Shown piece by piece: positions 1-17,300 of a stretch of 64,000 nucleotides of DNA. The notes under the pieces were generated by a model. The model was not told the DNA's origin. It worked only from the letters and a program-made list of their open reading frames with translations, and made no database searches. This DNA is from Marsupella aquatica (Eukaryota > Plantae > Marchantiophyta). The stretch covers positions 9,908,184-9,972,183 of the forward strand of contig OZ316895.1 of assembly GCA_973895155.1 (NCBI GenBank). The letters are read 5' to 3'. Both the position numbers and the translations under genes were made by a program. Within the stretch, counting starts at the first letter, position 1. Every line of letters begins with the position of its first letter.

Positions 1-920
1 CTCAATTCTTCACGGTTTCCAGGCATTTCAGATCAATGCGTTTGTCAGTTACATCCTGGGACTCCTCCTAGGGTCCAGATTTGAATTAGGGTAAGACTCG
101 GTGTGCCTACAATCTGGTCCAGGTTTTTGTTGGCCTGGAGATCTTGCTGGTGTTGTTCAAAGCCGGTTGGTTGCACCTCGTGTTCGCGCCTAGAATGGTT
201 TATGATGAGTTCGGGTCGATCGTTGTTAATTAGGTTTGTTGGTAGAAGAGGGCTATTTGGGTACTGACTCCGATCAACGGGGGTTAAGGTTTAAACCCTA
301 ATTGGGGCAGCGAGTGTAGGGCTGGAGTATGCCACGCCTTTGTTCCTCTCGTCGCGGTTGATAGCAGCAAGCTATTGGGCGACTGCTCGTGTGTAGGAAA
401 GCTGTGGTTTTCGCCGAAGGGTTTTTACCCATCTGCGAGCTCACCTTCGTTTGTGTTATCTGTCACTCCATACGGTGATCATTCGTGAATGTTACATTTG
501 GCAAATCTTGCTGACGAGGACAAGATTTGTCGTGGCGAAGTTTTGTAGACGTGGGGTTGATTTGGTGTACTCAAGACTGCTTCAAAATCAACGTCTTAGC
601 TTAAAGATGCTTTTGAAAAGGGCTTTCATCTTCTTCTAAAGTACCCGTATGCTGCCTCTGTCCATACTGGCGAGCACCATGACTCTTTTGGCGGATGCAG
701 TAGGGTTGGATCTGTCCTTTGAGTGCCGAATGTAGTGACTATCTTAACTTCGTGCGCGAGGGCATACATCTTGCAGCTTGTCGCTCGAGCTACGCAAGGC
801 AGGATGCCACGAAAGACTGTCTCTTTGTCTGCGGAAACTGTTTTCTTGTTTGTACGTCCTGCCGTCTCTTGATTCCTCCCAACTTCTCCATATATAATGT
901 CGCCTTTCTGACTGATGCAG

Positions 921-5243
<4,323 letters not shown>

Positions 5244-6009
5244 CGGAATTTCACTGAGAGTAAATGAAGATCCGTTGTCGCTCCCTGTAACGTAGGATGA
5301 ATTCACAGAATTCAATAATTTTCCGGTGAGATGACGTGGAGTAGTAGAAGAGGGAAGGTGAAAGCGTGAGAAAGCTTTTTCAAATTGTATGTAGCCCTGA
5401 AGAAGCTGCAATCGTAACCGTCAAGATGACACTATGATGCCTTCCATATTGCTCTCTAGTCGTACAAATGTTTTTTTTCATACAAGGAGCACATTGGAAG
5501 GATGAGTATAGTTGATCTTGTCAGATTGGTCAGTGTTGAAATCCAAGGCAGTGGATCTCCTTCTGGATGTTGTCACCGATTCCATGGTATATGAATTGAG
5601 TTACACTGCCAAAGTCTTACAAGTGGCCCATGTCCGCCTAAATTATCATTGTCCCAGGTAGCAATCTTCATTTTCTTTGAAGGAATTGAGTAATTGCGAA
5701 TGTCTCAATCTGCATTTGGCTATTTTCTCGTGCTTTGAAGACAAGCTCTCATGGTCGTTGTGTAGCAATTGTAGGAATGATCCCTATCACGCCATGCCTC
5801 TTTCCTGAAGTGTCGTTACAGGATGTGTACCACAGGTAATTGTGACCCACGACCGAAGTGGCCCATATTTGGTCTGTCACGAATACCTCGTCTCATAAAC
5901 CTCACATGTTTTTGAAGGACAAAAACTACTTTGCATCTTGATCTAAACATGATAGTTTTTTAAGAATAGAGAAAACAAATTCATTGCACAAGTGCAAGTC
6001 AGCTCATGG

Positions 6010-6190
6010 CCATGGCCAAGGAGCCTGGACGAGTTTGGCCCTTTTCTATGGGCAAGGCTTGGCCATGGCCAATGAGCCCGGAGGAGTTTGGCCCCTTTCT
6101 ATAGGTAAGGTTCGTCATTGGACGTATGGGCAAGGTTTGGCCAAGGAGCCCGCAGGAGTTTGGCCCCTTTCTATTGGTAAGGTTCTTTAT
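6010..6190. repeat. Three degenerate tandem units of about 55-70 bp
   Basis: Recurring GGCCAA(G/T)GAGCC...GAGTTTGGCCC(C/T)TTTCTAT.GG.AAGG. Confidence 0.75.
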
Positions 6191-6239
6191 TGGATGGTTA
6201 GTTATTGTGTTTGTCTTTATTGATGGTTAGTTATTGGTT

Positions 6240-7270
6240 GTGTCTCACCTCTCTTTATCAGTTTGGGGTAGGGATTGTGAGTGTTATGCATTTTCTTGCA
6301 TGTGATCATGGATTTCCATCCAAATTGGATGGTAATTCAGGTGAACATGGCCAATCCATTCAATAGTATTTCATGGCAGGTCATTTTTGAGGAGCTTTGG
6401 GATGGTATGTGTGTTCCATGTTTCCTATAGGTGGGTGTTGTCCTTACCTCCCGTTTTATTGTGGATCTTCACTCCATCCTCTTTGACCATGTCATTGGGG
6501 TTGAGAATGACATTCTCCCTTTCCAGGTTCAGCTTCGCCATGTTCAGTCATTAGTACCTGAGATTGTGCAGGTTGTTGTTGCCACTATTGTGGAGGTCGT
6601 ATTTGATAATTTGGATCGTGTTCAACAGGTGACTTCCAACAGCATGCACGGTTACCTCCTTTCCAGCATGCTCCCTGATACACCATTAGACTCAGCTTGA
6701 ACTTGCCTGTTATCTTGCTTGGGGATCTGGTTCTAGAGCCTGGCTTTCTGCAAGTCCTCTATGGGCCCCTTTCCATATGAGCTCCTTCCTCTTCACCACG
6801 TCTTTGTGCTTCCAATTGGGTCTCCCTCACCTTTGCCTCCTTGGCCACCCCTCTTGTGTCTGTGGGGCGACTCTGGACCCGGTGGGTGTACATAGTCTCA
6901 GGTGTGGCTAGAGGAGCGAGCGGATGCCATTGCCCAGGACTCTGGGTACCATGTTGCTATGGAGCAACACATGTCTTTTCCCCCAGGAATGGCATTACTG
7001 ACGAGCGTCGGGTTGCCTTTGCATGGTTATTTCTTGGGCTGGAGTTTGTTCCCTTGGTGATGTGGTGATTGCTCATCTTACTGAGGGAGCACGTTGTGGT
7101 TGCAGCCCATGTGCCTGGACATGCTGCAGCCAAGGTGGCTCGGGTCAAGGAGGAGGCCTATGCCATTAAAAAGGGGATCTTTTCGACCCTGTTACTCATC
7201 AGGTCTTTGGTGCTCTTCACCCTCATTTTGACCACTTCCTTCGGGTTTGTGTTGTTTTTGTACTGAGCTG
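6240..7270 (+). mobile_element. Degenerate, internally deleted non-LTR retrotransposon of the RLE type (CRE/R2-like)
   Basis: Frame-broken translation gives motifs in the expected order: YQFGVG, HPNWMVIQVNMANPFNSISWQVIFEEL (RT N-terminus), LLSC.G/GSGSRAWLSASP, LGLPHLCLLGHPSCVCGATLDPVGVHSLRCG*RSER (CCHC knuckle), AIAQDSGYHVAMEQ, and PGHAAAKVARVKEEAY (RLE tail). The RT core is missing. Confidence 0.7.
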
Positions 7271-7829
7271 AGACCTTTTTCCTCTGTTTCTGTCCTCACG
7301 ACCTTCTTTTGAAAGGGGGTGTCAGTACTCCTTGTTTTGTTGGGCCTCGTTCCCTCCCTTTATTGGGTCTATTTTTTCCTTTGGGATCATGTCTCCTGCA
7401 TGGTTTGGCGTTTCTGTCTTTTTGGCAGTGTGATATATAATTGCGTCCATGCACAGTTAGAACCCGAGACAGCAATCAAGCAATCCTGCTAATTTGGTAT
7501 CGTAATCTCTCTATCGGTAGATCTCCTAAGCAGTGGGGAGTTGACAATTTGTGACGGAGCTTACAGTCACTCCTTTTCCACATTTCTTTGGAATTAGTTT
7601 ATGGATAGAAAGGGTTAACAAAACGTTAAAGAGACCCCTAAAGGAAAAGTGTTACATGATAGAACCCATGAGTGATCCAGACCATTGACTGACCTTGAAT
7701 CAACGTACCCCAAAACCTCAAGGGTTCTATCAAGTAACACTTTTCATTTTGTGGTCCTTTCAAGCAAAAACCTCAAAGATGATGGGTGGTTCTATGGTAG
7801 GTTGCAGGCGTGCGTCATCAAAAGTGACC

Positions 7830-8010
7830 TCAACTCAATCCAGAAATTCATGTAATAAAAAATATCAATACCTCAGCAAAGTGCTAGTCAAGAGTCTCAA
7901 CTTATCTCTCACAATCCTCAGGAAGGTAGCTCAACTCAATCCAGAAATTCATTTAATAAAAAAATACCATTACCTCACCAAAGTGCTAGTCGAGAGTCTC
8001 AACTTATCTT
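7830..8010. repeat. Direct duplication with a period of about 103 bp
   Basis: CTCAACTCAATCCAGAAATTCAT.TAATAAAAAATA.CA.TACCTCA.CAAAGTGCTAGTC.AGAGTCTCAACTTATCT occurs twice. Confidence 0.8.
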
Positions 8011-8139
8011 GCAGCACTTGACACTCCAAAATCTATCCAAACTTAATGGAGAGAAAATGAACATTTTGAAGACTGATGCACTGAGACAAAAACAAACGTC
8101 AAAAACACCCAAGGGAATTGGAACCCAATAATCGCACGG

Positions 8140-8870
8140 GAAGATGCAAGACGACCCTAAACGAGAGCCCCAAAGCGGGCCACCAGGGGCCAAGGAGAAA
8201 CCAGGACTCCTACCACCACTGCAGAATTTAGGGAGTTTCATGCAAGACGGCCCTAAGACAGAGCCCCAAAGTGGACCACTTAAATCAGGGAGTGGTAAGT
8301 GGTAAGGGCCGTCTTTCGTTAGGACTGTCTACAGGCAAGACCACCCTAAACAAGAGCCCCAAAGCAGCCCAGCAGGGGCAAAGGATAACCAGGACTCCCA
8401 CCTCCACTACACAATTTAGCAAGTTTCATGCAAGACGGCCCTAAACCAGAGCCCCAAAGTGGACCACTTAAATCAGGGAGTGGTAAGGGCCGTATTTGTT
8501 GAGGACTGTATACATGCAAGACGGCCCTAAATAGAAGCCCCAACTCGGACCAGCCACAGGGGCCAAGGAGGAACCAGGACGGCCCTAAACGAGAGCCCGA
8601 ACGCGGACCAGCCACAGGGGCCAAGGAGAAACCAGGACGGCCCTAAACGAGAGCCCCAACTCGGACCAGCCAGGGGCCAAGGTGAAACCAAGACGGCCCT
8701 AAACGAGAGCCCGAACGCGGACCAGCCACAGGGGCCAAGGAGAAACCAGGACGGCCCTAAACGAGAGCCCCAACTCGGACCAGCCAGGGGCCAAGGTGAA
8801 ACCAAGACGGCCCTAAACGAGAGCCCCAACGCGGACAAGCCAGGGGCCAAGGAGAAACCAGGACTCCCAG
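8140..8870. repeat. GC-rich two-tier tandem array directly upstream of the ATP synthase epsilon gene
   Basis: GGCCCTAAAC-GAGAGCCC anchor at 8523, 8581, 8639, 8695, 8753, 8809 (spacing 58,58,56,58,56), with older ~95-bp units at about 8153, 8249, 8343, 8438. Confidence 0.9.
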
Positions 8871-9094
8871 CACTCCAGTGCCACTGAAGCCAGAAGCTTC
8901 TTGTATCGCCTCTTGAACCACTTTCGCGTAGCTTCTCTTCAGCGTGTGGGGATTCGACCTCGAGGCGAGAATTTCGGCACATCAGAATCGAAAGGAAGAA
9001 GTCGAGGAATCAGGAAACGCATCATCGCTCCTCCGGCTATTCTAGAACTCGGGCAGAGCTCGATCGAAGGAAGGAGTCGAGGAATTGGGAGACG

Positions 9095-10052
9095 ATGTCG
9101 GCACCGCAGGCAGCAGCAGGAGTGGCGACCGCGGTGACAGGAGCCGCCCCGTACTGGAGGTCTGCTGGGCTGAGCTATGTCGCTTACGCCAATGCTTGCG
9201 CCGTGCATCTGCGCAAATGCCTCAAGGAGCCCTTCAAGACGCAGACTGCGAACCGGGAGCAGGTCCATTACAAGTTCGCTGAATGGGTCGACGGTGAACC
9301 CCAGAAATCCGGTGCGTTGGCAATAATTGCCTTAGCTTCAATCTCGTGTACTCGCATCTTCCCTTCCTTTCACCAAACAGTTACCCTAATTCTCTTCCCG
9401 GATGCTTTGCCTTTCTTTGCCTTTTCCGCCCACAGATCGAGGTTGTACAATGTCTCGAAAGCGAGATTAGGGATATCTCAGTCCTCTTAAGGAGCAAGGC
9501 CTTTCTGTCCACCAATTGAGAATCCATGGATTCGGAATTATGTCCATTGATTCGTAGTCTGTCAGTGATCCATGTCCTGTAGAGTTCATTCATTTGGTCG
9601 ATCAGTAAGTCAATTGGGGATCCGTGTACTGTAAAAGGCATTCATTCATTCATTCATTCATTCATTCAGTAAGTAAGTAACTGTGCATTTATTTATGTAG
9701 CCTGTGCTGCTTATGGTTGAAAACATTGCACCTTCGATAGATTTACCGTTCTTCAGTTGTATTTTTTTTCCCCAATTGGCTCCCTGTGGTTGTGAAATTC
9801 ATTCATGCTTTCCCAATGCCCCCTCATATTCTACTGACCTCAGTTCTGTGCGAGTTTTGGATCCAATTTGTTTTCTTTCGGCTGACCTGCTGTTCTGTTC
9901 CTTTTGTACCTTCGGACCCCGTCCAGTAATCAGGGATCCGTGGACTTTAAAAAGTCCTTCTTAGGATTCTTGCCCCTCAAAATCAACTGATGCCAATTTC
10001 TGTGTTTATCGTGGATGCAGTAACGCGACAAATTCCAGAACCGGAAAATTGA
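9095..10052 (+). CDS. ATP5F1E: Mitochondrial F1-ATP synthase subunit epsilon
   Basis: Exon 1 9095-9311 (PYWRSAGLSYVAYANACAVHLRKCLKEPFK...VHYKFAEWVDGEPQKS, family signature), phase-1 intron, exon 2 10021-10052 (VTRQIPEPEN*). Confidence 0.92.
9639..9668. repeat. (CATT)n microsatellite in the ATP epsilon intron
   Basis: About 7 perfect CATT units. Confidence 0.9.
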
Positions 10053-11236
10053 TGAGCTGGGGTTTGGATATTCCTAAATACCGCTTTCCCTGACACCAAC
10101 TTCCCGCCCTAGTTCTTGCTTGTGCTCTCTGCAAGATTGGGAATCTTGTCCAATATTGACATGTTATCCCTCTTCTGGTGTTTTTTGAGTTGTAGACTTC
10201 ATTTGGTTAGCAGAATAAGGGCTCCACTCTTGGGTTCTAGAATCTGATCGGAGGCTCTTTGAGTAAGGCTTCTGGATCTTGGCCCTTTGTTCTAGATCCA
10301 TTCAACTCTGGTGCAAGTTAAAGGCCAGCCAGCCAAATGTGTAGAAGACACCATCCTTTCTTCAAAGAATGTGAGACCGCGTTACGTTACAGTTATTGAT
10401 CTCCGGACGTCCCTGTTTTTTCCATTTAGTGGTCATTGTAATTTTGTTCGAGTGCGGAGAAGACAATGTGCACTGCTAGGTCAGTTTTTGCTTGACAATG
10501 ATTCTCAGATCGTTTGCATTCTCTCCGTTCACCCTAACGTAGGCTGCATCATAGACCTGAAGAAAGCATTTTTTGACTCAAGTGAGAAGTCACCCAAACC
10601 ATCAGGTAGTACCTCTTCAATTGTCAACTGTGTTCTCTTGCATTGTAACCCTCGTCCAGTGACCAGTAAGATTGGTCCTCCCATGACCTAAATGAGTGCT
10701 ACCACTTTGTTCTTCGGAAAGGAAGAGAAACTCGAGCATGCCATTTCTGTCAAATGTATGTTATGTATGCCTTTGAACTTGCCAAATTTAAATTGTATGG
10801 CTAGCATCGGCCCCTGTTCAACCTTCTATTGCCAACCTTCTTTCCAGAGGATACTGTCAGCCGTGACCTTGCCCTGCCTCAGCATTGAAAGCCACTGAAG
10901 AATCCCTAAACTTGTAGATTTTCAGAAGAAAAAACACGACGACGTACGAGAGGTGTCTGGTAATTCGCGGAAACACCCTCCAGGAGTTGCTTCTTTCGCG
11001 TTTTGGCTTCTCGATCGCTCAAACTCTCAAGTCTTGAACATGGACTAACCTGCGAAGGTAGGTCTTCATTGGTAGTGTTAATTTTCTCCCGCTCCCTCGT
11101 GGTCAGGGTAAAATACAGAGTTATTCCTGAGTAGCGTTGTCGCAGCGATTAGGCCTCAACGCTTGCCATAATTCGAGTCCGACCGCAATAACCGGCCGAT
11201 TGCATTGCAGCTCTAAAATATATGCCCCGGCAAACT

Positions 11237-11460
11237 CTAAAATGAGGTTGGCGTATATTCAACATCCACTACGTTTAGATTGTAAACTGCCAAAATGTAG
11301 CTTTGGAGAGTATCGATGTGCTTGCTGCAGTAGTGAGATTGATTTAATACCAAAAATCCATGGCTCCTGGTTGTCACTAAAAATCCTGATGGGCTTGGGC
11401 TTCTCATCTTGGAGTCCAAGGTCACGGAGTAAGCTTTTAACCACAATCTCTCCTGATGTG
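11237..11460 (-). mobile_element. Ty1/Copia RNase H relic
   Basis: Frameshifted KSLLRDLGLQDEKPKPIRIFSDNQ and SKHIDT...VDVEYTPT match the Copia RNase H motifs DN.S/KHID/V.T. Confidence 0.65.
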
Positions 11461-11498
11461 GAAGAGATGAAATTGCCCAGGAGAGTCAGCAGACCAAC

Positions 11499-11663
11499 CC
11501 ACACAGAGGTTCAATCATCCATGCTTAGAATTCTCAGTTCGTGTGTTGCTCGTCCACACAGAGGTTCAATCATCCATGCTTAGAATTCTCAGTTCGTGTG
11601 TTGCTCGTCCACACAGAGGTTCAATCATCCATGCTTAGAATTCTCAGTTCGTGTGTTGCTCGT
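11499..11663. repeat. Perfect 55-bp tandem repeat, 3 copies
   Basis: CCACACAGAGGTTCAATCATCCATGCTTAGAATTCTCAGTTCGTGTGTTGCTCGT starts at 11499, 11554 and 11609. Confidence 0.95.
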
Positions 11664-12407
11664 GTGATGAGGAAGCTGATTAAATTCAGTCTTTACGGTT
11701 TGCTACATCATGTTAGGCAAAAAGGTGATTAGTTATTAAGTTTTACCGTACAAATTATGGAGTGGGGCAGGCTTGCAATGATTCAGTCGAAATGTAGAGT
11801 TGACTAACTCAGATTGAGCGGTCACGCTGTGTAGACCCTATCATAGCCGCTATCATAGCCAGACCGGGATCATGGAATCCGGATCGATGATGAGCATCTT
11901 TTGAAAGTGAAAAGTGCCCACAAAACCTAACAAGAAAAAGGCAGGAAAAAGTACAGAGAAGACCAAACGAAAACAAACGAAGAAAAGTGGAAGACATCAT
12001 GCAACGTTGCAGAGTGGGACTGTAGTGGTGGCCCTCTCCACAACAGCGCTGAGCAGTGGACCGCCGTGGCGAAGTCCCCTTTAAGATATTGAAAAGGTGG
12101 AGACGTGGCATTGCAAGGGTCATTTAATGCCCTTTGTATTGGTGCTTTATTGAGAATGCTCTGCCGAGATTTGGATGGGGAGTTATTCTCCTTTAATTTT
12201 ACTAAACATCTGGATTGAGTAATCTTTTTTCCCAAGGTCCCCAAATAGCCAATCCGTACAAATCTATGTCAATCTGAACAAAACAGTCAGATATCTTGCA
12301 ATACAATACAGGGAGAGTTTTACGCAAGATTCTAGTTCATTTGAAATTTGTTTAGTCTCAATTAAACAGTTGCAATAGGACGTGTTAAAGTACTCTCGTA
12401 ACCAAAG

Positions 12408-12612
12408 TGTTACAACTTTTATTTTCTGGATGTACCACCTTTATGGGATATGTATTTTGGTAGCCCATAGCAAATCTATCCTGGCCATAAGAACTTTTCA
12501 TGTTAGAACTGTGTTTTTATTTTCTGGATGTACCACCCTTATGGGGTATGTATTTTGGTAGCCCATAGCAAATCTGTCCTGGCCATAAGAACGAATCATG
12601 TTACAACTGTGC
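12408..12612. repeat. Tandem duplication of about 98 bp
   Basis: TTTTATTTTCTGGATGTACCACC.TTATGGG.TATGTATTTTGGTAGCCCATAGCAAATCT.TCCTGGCCATAAGAAC occurs twice. Confidence 0.85.
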
Positions 12613-12830
12613 TTTGACATGCCCTAATAGTCCCTTCGATACATCAGTGATTGCGTTTGACCATGTAATTGGTCTATCAAATGGGCTCCAGCAAATTCCA
12701 GTGTGATTGGGTTTGACCAGTGATCTATCACATAGCCTCGAGCAAATTTGGAGGAATGCTCGACCACAGGACGTTTGTAAGATTTTTGAAATCCTATGTT
12801 CTTGTCTACAAACCTGTTTCATTTGTTGCG

Positions 12831-13035
12831 GTGGTTTAGAAGCATGGGGCTTGACATAGTAAAACAAGAAAAGAAAGAACAAATTCACTGAAGTGGTTTA
12901 GAAGCATGGGCCTTGACATAGTAAAAGGCTTGACATAGTAAAACAAGAAAAGAAAGAACAAATTCACTGAAGTGGTTTAGAAGCATGGGCCTTGACATAG
13001 TAAAACAAGGAAAGAAAGAACAAATTCACTGAAGT
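12831..13035. repeat. Tandem repeat of about 62 bp, 3 copies
   Basis: GTGGTTTAGAAGCATGGG.CTTGACATAGTAAAACAAG.AAAGAAAGAACAAATTCACTGAA; the middle copy has an internal partial duplication. Confidence 0.9.
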
Positions 13036-14345
13036 AATGCCGACAAAGTACAACAAGAAAAAGAGAGAAGAAATCCAAAGAGTAGCAAAGGAAAGAGGAG
13101 GAAAAGTGATATGATCGATCTAGGGTTACTACCCAACAAACGATTTAAATTAAAATCTATGGCAAGCTTAAACTTACATAGAAAAATCATGCTACAATGA
13201 AGGTACTAATAATCAACATCTAAAATAGACAATAAATTTCAAAGGGTACATCCATTTTTCTTAGATACGGAAGCACTAGTCTTCAGGCTTTGGTGGAATT
13301 TTACATGGATGAAATTTGAACTTTGTATTAGCAAGTTGAGCTTTCACTGAACCTTGTGAGTGTGATCTAACCCAGAATTTCAAAAACATCCGTCAATAGT
13401 TGATTGGCAGTCTTCCAGGGTTCTTGTGGTTTATGATTTTCACTATGGTTGCATTTTTACTTCCACATTGAAGTTTTGGGGAAACTTGTCATTACTCAAT
13501 TTTACACCACCTTCCACTGTGGCATCATACACAAGTTCAAAAACATCTCCGTTCCAGATTGAAGTTTTGGATTTGGAAAAACTTGTCATGATACTTTCAC
13601 ACTGGCTTGTAGCATTGTACACAATTCCAGACGGGACTGCTTCATAAATCCCACTCAGACTTAATGGTAACCTCATCGACAACAACTTCAACTTCTATGT
13701 CTGGCAAGAGATGTAGAAAACAATCCCTGAGACTTTGATCATTACTCCAAATGATTATCATCCTAACAGAAATTCTACTGTTTTTTTGAATCGTGACAGC
13801 TCTAAAACTTTTACCTGTCCCACCATCAGAACAACACTGCCGTTCCAGAAACCCAGCCACCAAGTTTCTCCACGGCACGGGGTATACAGGCCACTAATAA
13901 AAAACCTTACCCTACAACTTTGGATGGCAACCTGCTATACACCTATGCAGGTATGGCCTTCTAGCCTTGAGCAGCTGCCTTGCGAACTGCTGTACTAGTC
14001 TATTATCTGGCCAGGCAAGCTACCTTGATTTTCAGCAGCAATGTGAGCAGTAAACTGAAGAGGAAGCTCTCATTGAGCGTCCAATTCACAGATGCGCTTG
14101 GACAAAGACTAACCTGACAACAAGTTCTATAGAAGATTTTGTTGTTGTTGGAACCTGATGAGGTTACCTACAACAGCAGATGTATTGGATCGAGGAAAGA
14201 AACCACAATGGCCCACATCTTACTAAAGGCAGTTGCAGAGCCTCCTTCCAACTCACAATGATGTACATGAGGGTGAGGCTGGATACAAACTGCGATTGGA
14301 GCCTGGTGATTCTGCAGTACATGTCTTTGAGTAGAGGTTCTGAAA

Positions 14346-17300
14346 TTAAATATAGTGCAGCATACCAATTTGTACCATTCTGTTGGGTGGGATTCGGAAA
14401 CCAACGGTACTCCCTCGGCTGTTTTGTCTCAAGAAGTTATACGCGATGTCTATGATGAACTTTCGGAAGAAGTTGGAGTTTTCAGTGGCCATCACTTCCG
14501 TGTGCCCAACCATGTAGACGATACCAGCCTGCCTGCTCTGCTCCAGAAGTGCAAGCTCCTCCTCCACATCTTGAGCTGCATTGGTGTCTGATTTGGGAAC
14601 CACCTCTGAAGAGAAGTCTATGCTGCTACCTCGATGGGAGTGCTCGAGAGCAACACCATCTGCATTGTGGACACCGTTTGATCCTACTCTTCTGGCTGAA
14701 TCTTGGAAATGGTTTGAATCTGCACCCTGGTACTGTCCTTGCTGCTGGTCCCCCTCTGTTCTAATGAAGCTAGCAAGACTGTCCATGAGTAGCCTTTCGA
14801 AATCTACATCAGCATCCTCGCCTTCCGCGTAGCCATACCTCACAGCAACTCTATACATGTGGTACTGTCTCGGGCCAACACGGCGGATCAGGAGACGCTC
14901 ATCCTCTTGCACGTAGGGAACTACCAAGTGCTTCACGCATACAAAGACAAGGATGGAGTGCATGGCAGGAAGGTTGGCGGTGAGGTGGGCGAAAATGGGA
15001 GGGACACCTTGAGCTAATTGGCTGTAGACAAGCCCCACACCTGGTACACGAACAATTCCTAGGTTCGAACCGAGCCCTAGTACCCAATCCAGGGAAATCT
15101 TGTGCTCTTCCTCGTACTTGTAGCTGTTCCTTCTCCCATAGTTCCATATGCCCATTATGGTGAAGAACACACCCACAAACGCCAGGGGAACCCACCCTCC
15201 TTTTGGAACCTTGTACAACACTGAAGAATAATAGATACCTTCAACAGTAAAGAACACACTAAAGAAGGCTAGTGCCACCCACCAACTCTTTTGCCATACC
15301 ATGAGGATGATCAGTGTCAAAAAGGTAGTTGTCACCAACATCACTGAGACCACAGCAACCCCTGCAGCAACCAGAAAGTCCCTCCCATCAGAAACCGGGA
15401 CCGAACAAAGGAGAATCGTGCAAGAGCAATGGGGAGCTGCCTCGTCTACGACAGTCAATCGACAACAACTTTGGTCTAGCCTAAACCCTACTCCCATGAA
15501 AAGTAAAAGAAAAAACTCCAACACTCTGGTCTTATGACCTTCACAGGCTGACTGTACCCAACGTTTGCATACCCTAATATTACCTTGGCAGACGACCCCC
15601 TGCACAATCTTAGCTTGACCTTGTCATATACATTTGCAATCACCCCCACAAGTTACGGACCAAGACAAACAAAAGGAGTAGACGGCACCTACCGTAAGCA
15701 TTTCCAATCTGTACGCCGGTCTTGAATCCGATGGTAATAACTATTGTGAGTACCATAAGTAGCCAATTGATTTCAGGAATGTAAATCTGTCCCAAGAACT
15801 TCTTGCTGGTATACACAATTTTACATTTTGGGAAGCAACCCAAAGCCATTGACTGCTCCACAATGGAGAATGTCGCAGTAATCATGGCTTGGCTGGCAAT
15901 AATGGCTGCGAGTGTCGCAACGATGAGCTCGGGCCAGAAAAGACCATCTGCAGCGCCCGGAATCATGAAATTAATATGAAGACGAGTGCGAAAAGAGACA
16001 GTTGGCAACATTCGCTGGAACTAAGAACATATCACTCAAGTTGCATCATAGGCAACTACGTACCCTTTCCAATCATGCCGTTCGCAGACTTCTCAGCAAA
16101 GATATGTATTATCAGAAAGGACAGAGAGCTCCAAGCAGAGGACCTTCCGGAGTCCGAAGTTAGCACTATCGAGTTCAATACACTATTGAAAAAGGGAGGT
16201 TCAGAGCGCTTACGAGGGATTGTTTTGTAGAACGTGGCTCCAATGACGGATGGATCATGGATAAGGTATGCTGCTTGCCCAATGTACGCCATAATAATCG
16301 AAGGAAACACAATCGATGAAAAAGTAATCTGCATCCATCCCAAAATCCACGGACTCTTTCAAGTGTCAATGAAACTAAAATCTGTGCCTGAGTATGACCC
16401 TACTGTGCAAACCACACCCGAATGAAACCGAAACCTATCAATGGTTCTTGTTGTCGAGGAAGCTTCGTTCTACAGTACCTGTAGTGCGGCGACTGAAAAG
16501 TGGCCCAGATCAGCGAACATAGCTTCTGTACCTGTTTACCCAAATGCCAATGGTCATTCGGCAAGTTCCATGGCTAAACTCTCTAGAGGATAACTAGGAA
16601 ATCCGTTCTCATGTCTAGAAGGGTGGTTTTCCCTGGGACACAAATCGTCTAACAGAGTATGCAACTTACTTTCACGACTTTCTCTGCACATGGTGAGGCA
16701 TTCTTTGAAAGAGTACCATACCTGTTATAGCGAGCACAACTCCTCCGAGAGATATCCATCCCGACTTTTTGGCGACTTTGAAGAAGTAGTAGATGTAGTA
16801 CGGGTTGATAGCTTTGAATACGGATGGATAGTAGTGGATGTTGTAGCAACCAATTAAGAAGATGGAGAGGAACCAGGTCAAGATGATGGGCGAAAACGTG
16901 AACCCAACCTTATCCGTCCCGAACCGTTGCAGGCAGAACAAAACAAATAATATCCCTGCTGAAGTATATGTCACCACACCTGCACCGGGGCCCATACACA
17001 CAATCAATTGGAAATCCATTGCAAGTGTGGCTGGTACTTAGCGTTTTGCGCTATCACCATACCTCATTGAGTAACACAGGTAGGACTTCTTAGACATTGG
17101 CGACAAATACAATCCAACATAAACCCACATCAGCAGCATATCCTCTTTCATGGACTACAGAAGTGAATTGAACTCGACAAACAATGGCCACCCAGTGCGC
17201 TGGGCTCAATGAAACAGCGAACTTGGAGCCCACCAGACAACTGTTTTGGTGCACTCGAGGTGGGAAAACCTACCTTGAGAAACAGAGTTGGGGAAGTTGG

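Noticed and set aside
8346-8982. ORFs of 92 and 151 aa on the minus strand
   Set aside because: They are translations of the tandem array and show no protein-family signal.
11499-11663. CRISPR-like appearance of the short repeat arrays (also 28120-28270 and 53385-53890)
   Set aside because: The units are head-to-tail with no unique spacers, there are no cas genes, and the context is eukaryotic.
13426-13900. Short ORFs downstream of HAK
   Set aside because: No recognisable motifs or consistent splice structure.
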